Numbered from the stretch's first letter, positions 8,169 to 16,148 are shown. The stretch is DNA of 32,000 nucleotides from Nitrosomonas europaea (GCF_900167395.1 NZ_FUWK01000011.1:28621-60620), one strand, 5' to 3'. Program-made: numbers and translations. Notes: a model not told the origin generated them from the sequence alone.

Positions 8169-10079
8169 ATGATAAGAATCTCAGAACTGACCTTGCAACG
8201 TGGCCCTCTGCGTTTACTGGAAAATGCAGATTTAACCCTGCACCCAGGGCATAAAGTCGGCTTAATTGGTGCCAATGGCGCTGGCAAATCAAGCTTATTC
8301 GCCCTGCTACGTGGGGAATTGCATCCTGATGCAGGCGATTGCGTATTGCCAATGAACTGGCGCATTGCCCATATGCGTCAAGAAATCGATGCACCTGATT
8401 GTAATGCGATTGATTATGTGCTCGATGGTGATGGCTACTTACGCGATATTCAACAGCAACTGGTCAAAGCTGAACAACGACAAGACGGAGTTGAGCTTGG
8501 CCGCTTGTACTCGGAACTTGATAACGCTGATGCCTATACCTCCGACGCGCGCGCACGTAAATTATTAGCTGGTTTGGGTTTCCTGGAAGAACAAATGGGA
8601 AATCAGGTCAATAGCTTTTCCGGTGGCTGGCGGATGCGCTTAAATCTGGCACAAGCGTTAATGTGCCCATCAGACTTGCTATTACTTGATGAGCCCACTA
8701 ACCACTTGGATCTCGATGCAATTTTATGGTTGGAAAGTTGGCTGCAAAGCTATCCCGGTACCTTGCTGCTGATTTCCCATGACCGTGATTTCTTAGATGC
8801 AGTGGTCGGTCATATTGTCCATATTGATCAACAAAAACTAACGCTATATTGCGGCGGCTATACAGCCTTTGAACGCGCCCGTGCTGCACGTATTATGCAG
8901 CAACAGCAAGCGCACGAAAAACAAAGAGCACAGCGCGCGCATATGGAAGATTTTATCCGACGCTTTAAAGCCAAGGCCAGTAAAGCACGGCAAGCACAAA
9001 GCCGTGTTAAAGCCCTGGAACGCATGGAGGAGCTGGCACCAGCACACTTCGATTCACCTTTTGACTTTATTTTCCGCGTGGCTGATAAAGTCTCTACACC
9101 GCTGCTGAATCTCAATGAAGCAGAGCTTGGTTACAACGTGGGACAGCCTATTTTAAGCAATGTAAAGCTACAGCTAGTCCCGGGCGCACGGATTGCTTTA
9201 CTTGGCCCCAACGGTGCAGGTAAATCAACTCTGATTAAAAGTATTGTGGACGATTTACCGCTATTGGCAGGTCAACTCACCCGCAGTGAAAACTTAGCGA
9301 TTGGCTACTTTGCCCAACATCAACTGGACTCACTTGATCCAAAAGCCAGCCCGTTGCTACATTTTCAACGCATTGCTCAAGATGAACGCGAGCAAGTTTT
9401 GCGTAATTTCCTCGGCGGTTTTAATTTTCGCGGCAAGCGCTGTGATGAACCTGTGCTCAATTTCTCCGGTGGTGAAAAAGCCCGCTTGGCTTTGGCGCTG
9501 ATTGCGTGGGGTAAACCTAATTTATTACTGCTCGATGAGCCCACCAACCACCTTGATTTAGAAATGCGACAAGCATTGAGTATGGCTTTACAAGATTTCT
9601 CCGGTGCGCTACTGCTGGTGTCTCACGATCGCCATCTGATCAAAAGTACCATGGATGAGTTGTACTTAGTTGCTGATGGCCGTGTGCGGGAGTTTGCAGG
9701 CGATCTTGAGGACTACAGCAAATGGCTCAACGATTATCGTTTGCGCCAGCGTCCTGATAACGACGCAACCAGCCCCGATAAAGTCGATCGCCGCGCACAA
9801 CGCCAGGCAACTGCAGCACTCCGTAAACAACTGGCACCGCTACGCAAGCACACTGATACATTAGAAAAACAGTTAGATAACATTCAAAAAGAGCTACAGG
9901 CTTTGGAAACCATTCTGGCTGATAATAATCTCTATGAGCAGCCGCAAAAAGATCAGCTCAAGCAATACCTAAGCCAGCAAACCAACTTGCTACAAAAGCA
10001 AGTAAAACTGGAAGAAACCTGGCTCAATAACTTAGAAGAGCTGGAATTATTGCAAAGTGAACTTGGGGAAGATGTATAA
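8169..10079 (+). CDS. yheS: ABC-F family ATPase (two ABC domains plus C-terminal coiled coil), YheS-like
   Basis: 636 aa. There are two Walker A sites (GANGAGKSS, GPNGAGKST). FSGGWRMRLNLAQALMCPSDLLLLDEPTNHLDLDAILWLESWLQSYPGTLLLISHDRDFLD is near-identical to the region I recall from E. coli YheS (637 aa). No transmembrane domain. Confidence 0.88.
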   Translation: MIRISELTLQRGPLRLLENADLTLHPGHKVGLIGANGAGKSSLFALLRGELHPDAGDCVLPMNWRIAHMRQEIDAPDCNAIDYVLDGDGYLRDIQQQLVKAEQRQDGVELGRLYSELDNADAYTSDARARKLLAGLGFLEEQMGNQVNSFSGGWRMRLNLAQALMCPSDLLLLDEPTNHLDLDAILWLESWLQSYPGTLLLISHDRDFLDAVVGHIVHIDQQKLTLYCGGYTAFERARAARIMQQQQAHEKQRAQRAHMEDFIRRFKAKASKARQAQSRVKALERMEELAPAHFDSPFDFIFRVADKVSTPLLNLNEAELGYNVGQPILSNVKLQLVPGARIALLGPNGAGKSTLIKSIVDDLPLLAGQLTRSENLAIGYFAQHQLDSLDPKASPLLHFQRIAQDEREQVLRNFLGGFNFRGKRCDEPVLNFSGGEKARLALALIAWGKPNLLLLDEPTNHLDLEMRQALSMALQDFSGALLLVSHDRHLIKSTMDELYLVADGRVREFAGDLEDYSKWLNDYRLRQRPDNDATSPDKVDRRAQRQATAALRKQLAPLRKHTDTLEKQLDNIQKELQALETILADNNLYEQPQKDQLKQYLSQQTNLLQKQVKLEETWLNNLEELELLQSELGEDV

Positions 10080-10215
10080 CGCAATGGTTTGAAAGCGGGC
10101 TAAACCGGGGTGTCACAAAACGCTTCACTCCAGCCGCGCCGGGGTTGTCCGCCGCGATGTAGTCCCAGATGTCTGCCCGATCTTGTTCCGCTTCTGGCGT
10201 CCAGATAACTATCAC
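10024..10215 (-). pseudogene. Truncated ParE-like toxin remnant
   Basis: GTG start. The first ~28 aa MIVIWTPEAEQDRADIWDYIAADNPGAA match the conserved ParE N-terminus. The frame then reads nonsense and runs antisense into the 3' end of yheS (10024-10079). Confidence 0.5.
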
Positions 10216-10346
10216 ACCTGGCCGGCTATTACTTGGTTGCGCCTGGTAGCGAATTCAGCTTCAACTTCATTATTTGTACGGCCATGACCGGCCCGCATTG
10301 AGGTGCGGCCAGCTTCCACTCTCTCTTGTATTGCCCGGGGCAGGTT
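10212..10346 (-). pseudogene. C-terminal remnant of the cognate (ParD/RHH-type) antitoxin
   Basis: My translation is ...AIQERVEAGRTSMRAGHGRTNNEVEAEFATRRNQVIAGQV*, with the TGA overlapping the toxin GTG (GTGA). There is no start codon, and the N-terminal part is replaced by repeat copy B, which begins at 10323. Confidence 0.4.
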
Positions 10347-10510
10347 TCATGCCACTCTCATTTCTTTTGCTGAAAACAGATTCTCTCCAGGTTTTTCTAA
10401 ATGTCATTTGTTAATCCAGATGTCATTGGGTTTTATATTTTACTGGATTGCTTCCCGCCACGACCTATGGCCCTGCGGCTGAAGACTGATACACCCGCAA
10501 TGACATTTAT
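10323..10510 (+). repeat. Composite intergenic repeat, copy B (internally deleted relative to copy A)
   Basis: 10342-10363 AGGTTTCATGCCACTCTCATTT is identical to 6631-6652. 10412-10455 matches 6831-6890 with a ~17-nt gap. It ends with a GGATTGCTTC...CGCAATGAC unit (10443-10505). Confidence 0.6.
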
Positions 10511-10537
10511 CGATTTAATCAGAAGCTTCTTGACCGC

Positions 10538-10792
10538 TCAGCGATAAATATCACGACGATGATTGATACGAACAACCAGAATCGTTAAGAGGTTATCCTG
10601 GATTTCATATACGACTCGATACATACCAACCCGTATCCGGCGCAACCCGGAAAACTCGCCCTTCAGGATAGATCCGGCACCGGGGTGTTCTTTCAGCAAA
10701 TCGATTGCTTTTATGATACGTAGTCGGTCTGGTCCGGGAATTTTTTCAAGTGACTTTACCGCGCTCTGCCTAATCGAGATGGAGTAGATCAC
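10538..10792 (-). CDS. RelE/ParE-superfamily toxin
   Basis: 84 aa. ...ILKGEFSGLRRIRVGMYRVVYEIQDNLLTILVVRINHRRDIY fits the RelE/ParE fold pattern. It overlaps the upstream antitoxin gene by 23 nt. Confidence 0.85.
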   Translation of the reverse strand: MIYSISIRQSAVKSLEKIPGPDRLRIIKAIDLLKEHPGAGSILKGEFSGLRRIRVGMYRVVYEIQDNLLTILVVRINHRRDIYR

Positions 10793-10991
10793 GCTTTACC
10801 TCTTCCCAATCCAGTATCGGATCTGCCGGATCTCGCAATATATCGATCGCCTGCGAGATATCCTCAAAATCCTCCAAATAATATTCCACCGCCTGACGAA
10901 CCACTTCTGCCCGAGAACGCCGTAAACGAGCTGCAGCCGCATCAAGGGAAGAAACGAGGTCATCGGGCAAACGAGCAGTAATTTGAGCCAT
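10770..10991 (-). CDS. Ribbon-helix-helix (CopG/RelB-like) antitoxin
   Basis: 73 aa. The N-terminal RHH is ITARLPDDLVSSLDAAAARLRRSRAEVVRQAVEYYL. Direct repeats ACATTA..ACATTA lie in its upstream region (about 11005-11025). Confidence 0.85.
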   Translation of the reverse strand: MAQITARLPDDLVSSLDAAAARLRRSRAEVVRQAVEYYLEDFEDISQAIDILRDPADPILDWEEVKRDLLHLD

Positions 10992-11137
10992 AGCACCCCC
11001 ATGTAATGTCAGTTAATGTTAATTGATGCAAGTTTAGGTAAGAACCGTTCAGGTCAATACCACTCTCATAAGGCCGCATCAATCAGGCCGTTTCCCATTT
11101 CTGTAACTATCTTGCGCAAGGTAATTTCAAGCAATTG

Positions 11138-12292
11138 TCATATTGCCACCTGTTGCAGAAAATCGCGCGGCTCAGCAGAAAACTGCGCAAAATTCTCCGG
11201 TGTTACAATCACCCGCAAAGCCTTGGGCTCCTGTGCACAAAAGGCGTCCAGTCCCCTGGCCGATTTTTTGCGACCGGATTTTACCTCGATGGCGTACAAC
11301 CGCTCGCGATACTGGTATACAAAATCCACCTCATCGTTACGCTCACGCCAATAAAACACCTGCCCAGGCAGCTGCATCAGTTCAGCACCCACCACCAGTT
11401 CAAATGCCCGCCCGCGCTGCTCCGTACTCCGCATCACATCTACCCCCGCTACCATACTGTACAGCGCCGGGCAAGCCGGTAGCATCTTGGGACTGGAACT
11501 GCGTGCAAGCCATGTCTTGGGTGAATACTTCTGCAACGCATGCAACAAAAAAGCACCACCGTACAACTCAATGTAATATTTGACCAGATCGGTATTTCCC
11601 TTGTCCTGCAACTGCCCCAGCAGTTTGGTGTAGCTAATTTCCTGCGCAGGGTAGGCGCATAAAATCTCGAACGCCTGCCGAAAAAGTGCCGGGTTGGCCA
11701 CCTTGCGACTTTGCAAGATGTCCTTGCCGATAACTGCCTCTACAATTGCATCCTTCATGTAGGCGTACCAGCGATCGGGATCATACTCCAGGACAACTGC
11801 GCCCGGATAGCCACCAAAAGCGAGATAACGCGGCAAGTCGTAACCAAAGGCAGCGTGCAATTCGGCAAATGTCCAATGATGTACTCTCAGCAGTTCAAAG
11901 CGTCCAGCCAGACTTTCTGTTACGCCACTCTGAATTTGCAGGGCACTGGAACCCAGCAGCAACACTCGCAAGCGTCCCGGCTGCGCGTCCCACAGTGCCT
12001 TGATGGTTTCTGGCCAGTTCACCACCTTCTGGATTTCATCCACCACAAGCAGGGCGCCTTCGCCCAACAGCAATGCCTGCTGCCACTGCTCCAGCAACCA
12101 GCTGCGGTCACTCACCAGCACATCGTCGGCATTGGCATAATGCTGCGGATAGCTGCATTGTGCCATCAGTTGCCGCACACCTGTAGTCTTGCCCACCTGA
12201 CGAGGACCTGTCAGCACTTGTATCAGCGGTTGCATACCGTCCAGACGGTGCGCAAGCTGTGCGACGAAAGGACGTTGAAAAAGAGTCATCAT
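11138..12292 (-). CDS. AAA-family ATPase with DUF4143 / restriction-endonuclease-like C-terminal domain (COG1373-type)
   Basis: 384 aa. Walker A GPRQVGKTT and Walker B LLVVDEIQ are present. The C-terminal pattern is FYWRERNDEVDFVY...LYAIEVKSG (D...ExK). Confidence 0.85.
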   Translation of the reverse strand: MMTLFQRPFVAQLAHRLDGMQPLIQVLTGPRQVGKTTGVRQLMAQCSYPQHYANADDVLVSDRSWLLEQWQQALLLGEGALLVVDEIQKVVNWPETIKALWDAQPGRLRVLLLGSSALQIQSGVTESLAGRFELLRVHHWTFAELHAAFGYDLPRYLAFGGYPGAVVLEYDPDRWYAYMKDAIVEAVIGKDILQSRKVANPALFRQAFEILCAYPAQEISYTKLLGQLQDKGNTDLVKYYIELYGGAFLLHALQKYSPKTWLARSSSPKMLPACPALYSMVAGVDVMRSTEQRGRAFELVVGAELMQLPGQVFYWRERNDEVDFVYQYRERLYAIEVKSGRKKSARGLDAFCAQEPKALRVIVTPENFAQFSAEPRDFLQQVAI

Positions 12293-12476
12293 GCAATCCT
12301 ACAAAATACTAGACATCTCTATTATATCCAATAGATCTCTCTGGCATTTTGTAGAAATTCTGGATAGAAACCCAAATGTTTGTTTTCACGAATCATGTAG
12401 TCTTTATCCGCAAACAGGACGAACGGATAGCAATCCGGTGCTTCTGTCAGCCAGCAGGTGCATAAGCGCAGCACCA

Positions 12477-12919
12477 TCAATGCTCACGAAAATATTTTTG
12501 CCTGGGGCTATTGGGTTTATCTGGCTGAGTGCGCCGCAGCCAGCCAGCATCAAGTAAAGGGGTTAAAACAGCTTTGCGAAAATGTTCACGGTCATTCAAA
12601 TGGTAAAACGCTTGCAATTCAGTACAGCTGCGCGGGTGTTGGCAAAACTCCGCCAACCCCGGATATTGCTCCATAATCTCCAATACAGCTTGCGGGATAT
12701 CTTGCAGGGTAGCTTGCGGGGTAATGATCTGTGATTCGCTTAAGGTTTCTTCAATCACCGTCAGCATGAATTCAATAAAAAATGCACAATCGGTTTGCGC
12801 CGTGCTATCAGCAATGACCTGATAATAGGTAATTACCTTCAATCGCCAGTGAACCCTGTATAGGCCGCAACACGGTTGAACAACGTGGCAGTAAGGCTGA
12901 AAGGTGGTTGATAACTCAT
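12477..12919 (-). pseudogene. Decayed Fic-family gene (N-terminus, SLAIEGN block and C-terminal winged-helix region joined by frame-breaking deletions; catalytic HPFxxGNGR core missing)
   Basis: ATG at 12919 gives MSYQPPFSLTATLLNRVAAYTG..., then a stop. A second frame over the same bases reads PIQGSLAIEGN. The track ORF (TTG 12842) reads ...YYQVIADSTAQTDCAFFIEFMLTVIEETL...TQPDKPNSPRQKY, the typical Fic C-terminal region. Confidence 0.6.
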
Positions 12920-13007
12920 CGATAAGTCAATCAGGAGCTTGCCGCACCTGCGCACTGTTTCTCATGAAATGGGAAAGGTGGCAGAAGGGAATTTTACAAC
13001 GCGGTAT

Positions 13008-13829
13008 TCAAAGAACGTCAGCAAACCCTTTTCTGGTCTTCTGGAACCAGGCAAACCCCAGCCAGGCAATTATCCCGGTAACCAGCCAGTAAAGTGCCAG
13101 CAGCAAGAAATCCGGCATTTTCCCCCAATACAACACATCCCGCACCATTTCGATGACTGGGGTAAGAGGGTTAAGGTACAGCAAATGCTGATAGCTTTCG
13201 GGCAAAGCACTAATCGGGTAGAAAATAGGACTGAGAAACATGAGTACCGAAGTTATTACTCCGATGAATTGTGATACATCACGCAGATAAACACCCAGTG
13301 ATGCCAGAATCCAGCTCAACCCCAGGATAAACAGAGCAAATGGCATGACGACAAATGGCAGGTACAGTGCACTTGCATGCGGAACACCAAACAAAATTAC
13401 GTAGGCTGCCAGCCAGACACCCAGGCTGATCAAGGCATGATACAAAGCTGAAAGCAGACTGACAAAAGTCAGGGTCTCCAGCGGAAAAACCACTTTCTTG
13501 ACGTAGTTGGGGTTGGCAAGAATCAGCGCAGGTGCACGATTGATACACTCGGCAAACAGGTTGAACACGATCAAACCAGCAAAAAGCACCAGGGCAAACT
13601 CGGTTTTGGATTCGCTTCCCACGCTCCAGCGCGCCTTGAATACTACGCTGAATACAAAGGTGTACACCGCCAGCATGAATATCGGGTTGAAAAAAGACCA
13701 TAGCAGGCCCAGCACAGAGCCACGATAACGCCCCAGTATTTCGCGCTTGGCAGAAGCCAGAATCAGTTCACGATTGCGCCAGAGACTGGTAAACATTTCT
13801 ACCGGCGTTGCAGGAAATTGACGCATCAA
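13008..13829 (-). CDS. wzm: ABC-2 type polysaccharide export permease Wzm
   Basis: 273 aa. The N-terminus LWRNRELILASAKREILGRYRGSVLGLLWSFFNPIFML is typical of Wzm/TagG/KpsM permeases. About six hydrophobic helices follow. Confidence 0.9.
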   Translation of the reverse strand: MMRQFPATPVEMFTSLWRNRELILASAKREILGRYRGSVLGLLWSFFNPIFMLAVYTFVFSVVFKARWSVGSESKTEFALVLFAGLIVFNLFAECINRAPALILANPNYVKKVVFPLETLTFVSLLSALYHALISLGVWLAAYVILFGVPHASALYLPFVVMPFALFILGLSWILASLGVYLRDVSQFIGVITSVLMFLSPIFYPISALPESYQHLLYLNPLTPVIEMVRDVLYWGKMPDFLLLALYWLVTGIIAWLGFAWFQKTRKGFADVL

Positions 13830-13872
13830 CCCAATACCTCCACCTCAATAAATGATTTGCAAAACTATCTGC

Positions 13873-13935
13873 GTTGCCATCACTGCCTTCGCAAGCTGCA
13901 TAGTAATGCGGCGATCCAGCACCTCCAATGACAAC
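13873..13935 (+). repeat. Composite intergenic repeat, fragment C
   Basis: GTTGCCATCACTGCCTTCGCAAGCTGCATAGTAATGCGGCGATCCAGCACCTCCAATGACAAC aligns with 6695-6770 of copy A (GTCATCGCGAAGCTTG...TGATGCGCGGCGATCCAGCAATGGTAATGACAAC) with an internal deletion. Confidence 0.5.
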
Positions 13936-13955
13936 CATGATTAAAAGTAGCGCCA

Positions 13956-14456
13956 TCATGACAATGAAGCTGAAACTCCCTTAGCGTAGGCTGCAGGCAA
14001 AGTGCGCGGCAGAGTCTTTGTCTCAGGGCGCGTGGCTTCCCAACCCAGGCAAGCCAGCCAGATAGTACGCGGGATAATTTTGTGCGCGGTACGGTAGTAA
14101 CTCACCATCCGCCGGCTAATTCCCAGCGCCTCGGCAGCAGTAGTTAGTGACAGGTTATTTCGGTGCATCCAGTCACCAAACATTTCGTGGCTAACTTCAC
14201 CTGCCTGCTCCTTGGCCCAAGCGTAAACGTTGTCCCGGCCGAATTCGGTATCGAACCACTCAACACTCCCCTCCCATTCAGCAATATGTACGCGCGCAAA
14301 CGCCTCTGGATCCAGGATAGGAGCGAGATCAGGAATTTTGCGCAGGATGTCACCTACATCGACCTCCAGCACCTCGCCAGTGCTCCAGGTAGTGCGCAGA
14401 CGGTAAGGCGCCAAGGCCTCAACAGCTGTCAATTTTGGAAAAAAGTACTCGTTCAT
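13956..14456 (-). CDS. DUF2442 domain protein fused to a C-terminal XRE-like HTH (putative antitoxin/regulator partner of DUF4160)
   Basis: 166 aa. The DUF2442-like N-half is AVEALAPYRLRTTWSTGEVLEVDVGDIL...IAEWEGSVEWFDTEFGRDNVY. The C-half HTH is NLSLTTAAEALGISRRMVSYYRTAHKIIP. It has an ATGA overlap with the upstream gene. Confidence 0.8.
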   Translation of the reverse strand: MNEYFFPKLTAVEALAPYRLRTTWSTGEVLEVDVGDILRKIPDLAPILDPEAFARVHIAEWEGSVEWFDTEFGRDNVYAWAKEQAGEVSHEMFGDWMHRNNLSLTTAAEALGISRRMVSYYRTAHKIIPRTIWLACLGWEATRPETKTLPRTLPAAYAKGVSASLS

Positions 14457-14680
14457 GGATTATTCCTCCGCCATTCATCAAACAGCAAATCCCGACTTGC
14501 TTCAATCCAGGCCAGTGCTTCACGTATCTCGCGCTCTGTCACCCGGCCCTTGATCGCAAGATTATCAAGATCGACTGTGCATTCCCGTCCATCACGTAAT
14601 TTGACATGAGCATGGGGTGGTGGATGGTCATTCAGATACATCAACACCCGTAGATCATTGAAACGTTTCAGGGTTGGCAT
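14453..14680 (-). CDS. DUF4160 domain protein
   Basis: 75 aa. MPTLKRFNDLRVLMYLNDHPPPHAHVKL... matches the DUF4160 signature (MPTI..F.G..I.MY..DH.PPHFH). Confidence 0.85.
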   Translation of the reverse strand: MPTLKRFNDLRVLMYLNDHPPPHAHVKLRDGRECTVDLDNLAIKGRVTEREIREALAWIEASRDLLFDEWRRNNP

Positions 14681-14822
14681 TACATCAAGTTTGGGGCAAT
14701 GGTTGCACTATTTCAAGAAGAGTGATGCACGCGCTAAAAGTAGATTGAAAATAAGCGGTTTATCCCGAATAGCCAAAGGTATCTTCATCTCTGGCTATTC
14801 ATTGAATTGGGTAATAATAAGC

Positions 14823-14898
14823 GCCGTAGCGAGGGTAACCCGGTATGTTCACTACCTCTATTACTCGATTGCTTCACGCCGTTGGCGTTCGCAATGAG
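14823..14898 (+). repeat. Composite intergenic repeat, fragment D
   Basis: GCGAGGGTAACCCGGTATG...CGATTGCTTCACGCCGTTGGCGTTCGCAATGAG aligns with 6712-6815 of copy A (GCGAGGAGG...CAACCCGGTATG...GGATTGCTTCATGCCGTTGGCGTTCGCAAAGACGG). Confidence 0.55.
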
Positions 14899-14968
14899 AG
14901 TTCAAGCATAGGACGACGGTGTTTCTGTCTGTATAGTTTCCCGTTTTCTACCTTTCTATTCCTGACCC

Positions 14969-16033
14969 TTACTCTCCATATTGCCTGGTTATCCATTCAC
15001 GATACGCACCAGACTGAACCCGTACCACCCACTCCGGGTTGTCGAGATACCACTGCACCGTTTTGCGAATGCCGGTTTCAAAGGTTTCAGCAGGTCTCCA
15101 GCCCAGTTCGCGTTCGATCTTGTGCGCATCGATGGCATAGCGGCGATCGTGGCCGGGGCGATCTGCGACATAGGTGATTTGTGATGCGTAGCTCGTACCA
15201 TCTGCTTTGGGCCGCAGCTCATCGAGCAGTTTGCAGACTGTATTAACGATTTCGATATTCGGCTTCTCATTCCAGCCGCCAATATTATAAATTTCACCCG
15301 GTTTTCCAACCTCGAGCACACGTCGGATTGCACCACAATGATCTTTGACATAGAGCCAGTCACGGATCTGCATGCCATCACCATACACGGGTAGTGGCTT
15401 GCCTGCGAGAGCATTCACAATCATCAGCGGGATGAGTTTTTCCGGGAAATGATAGGGTCCGTAATTATTGCTGCAATTGGTGGTAAGTACCGGCAATCCG
15501 TAAGTGTGGTGCCAGGCGCGCACCAGGTGGTCACTCGCTGCCTTGCTGGCCGAATACGGGCTGTTGGGCTCATAACGACTGACCTCGGTAAAAGGAGAGG
15601 CTTCCTTGCTCAGGGTGCCGTATACCTCGTCAGTGGAAACATGCAGAAAGCGAAAATCCTGTTGATCAGGCTCCCTCAGATCATTCCAAAAGGCACGTAC
15701 ACACTCAAGCAGGCGAAAAGTACCAACGATATTGGTATGGATGAAATTCTCCGGACCATGGATACTTCGGTCGACATGTGATTCGGCCGCAAAGTTGATG
15801 ACAGCCCGGGGATGGTGTTCGTGTAAAAGACGCGCAACCAGATCGAAATCAGTAATGCTGCCTTTCACAAAAATATGGCGTGAATCACCTTCCAGCGAAG
15901 CCAGGTTCGCCCGGTTGCCGGCATAAGTGAGTGCATCCAGATTGATGACTGTTTCTTCAGACTGCGCCAGCCAGTCCAGAACAAAATTGCTGCCGATAAA
16001 ACCGGCCCCGCCAGTAACCAATATCACTTCCAA
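14969..16033 (-). CDS. rfbB: dTDP-glucose 4,6-dehydratase
   Basis: 354 aa. Rossmann motif [20 protein letters not shown], catalytic [16 protein letters not shown] and [18 protein letters not shown] are RmlB-like throughout. The track start is TTG 16033, but GTG 16027 is better spaced from AAGGAG. Confidence 0.92.
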   Translation of the reverse strand: MEVILVTGGAGFIGSNFVLDWLAQSEETVINLDALTYAGNRANLASLEGDSRHIFVKGSITDFDLVARLLHEHHPRAVINFAAESHVDRSIHGPENFIHTNIVGTFRLLECVRAFWNDLREPDQQDFRFLHVSTDEVYGTLSKEASPFTEVSRYEPNSPYSASKAASDHLVRAWHHTYGLPVLTTNCSNNYGPYHFPEKLIPLMIVNALAGKPLPVYGDGMQIRDWLYVKDHCGAIRRVLEVGKPGEIYNIGGWNEKPNIEIVNTVCKLLDELRPKADGTSYASQITYVADRPGHDRRYAIDAHKIERELGWRPAETFETGIRKTVQWYLDNPEWVVRVQSGAYREWITRQYGE

Positions 16034-16148
16034 TGACTCCTTTTCAAATCCAGCCGAACTTCAGATACAAATCGCACCATTCTTTTTATGGAAATTCTTA
16101 CGACAACAATGGGTTACCACATTAGGGAAAAAATCTGAGTATTTCAGG

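Noticed and set aside
8063-8394. Minus-strand ORFs of 100 and 79 aa overlapping the yheS start
   Set aside because: They are antisense to the strongly supported ABC-F gene, with no motifs.
11143-12334. Plus-strand ORFs of 146 and 207 aa antisense to the DUF4143 ATPase gene
   Set aside because: The ATPase frame has Walker motifs and the family C-terminus. The antisense products are P/H/Q/R-rich with no motifs.
6612-14898. Idea that the co-oriented repeats are attC sites of a chromosomal integron carrying TA cassettes
   Set aside because: There is no integrase or attI in the window. The 'cassettes' between copies are 0.9 to 3.3 kb and include multi-gene blocks and the housekeeping gene yheS. 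I could not identify the R''/L''-L'/R' core organisation (RYYYAAC ... GTTRRRY) in the copies. A REP/MITE-like interpretation fits better.
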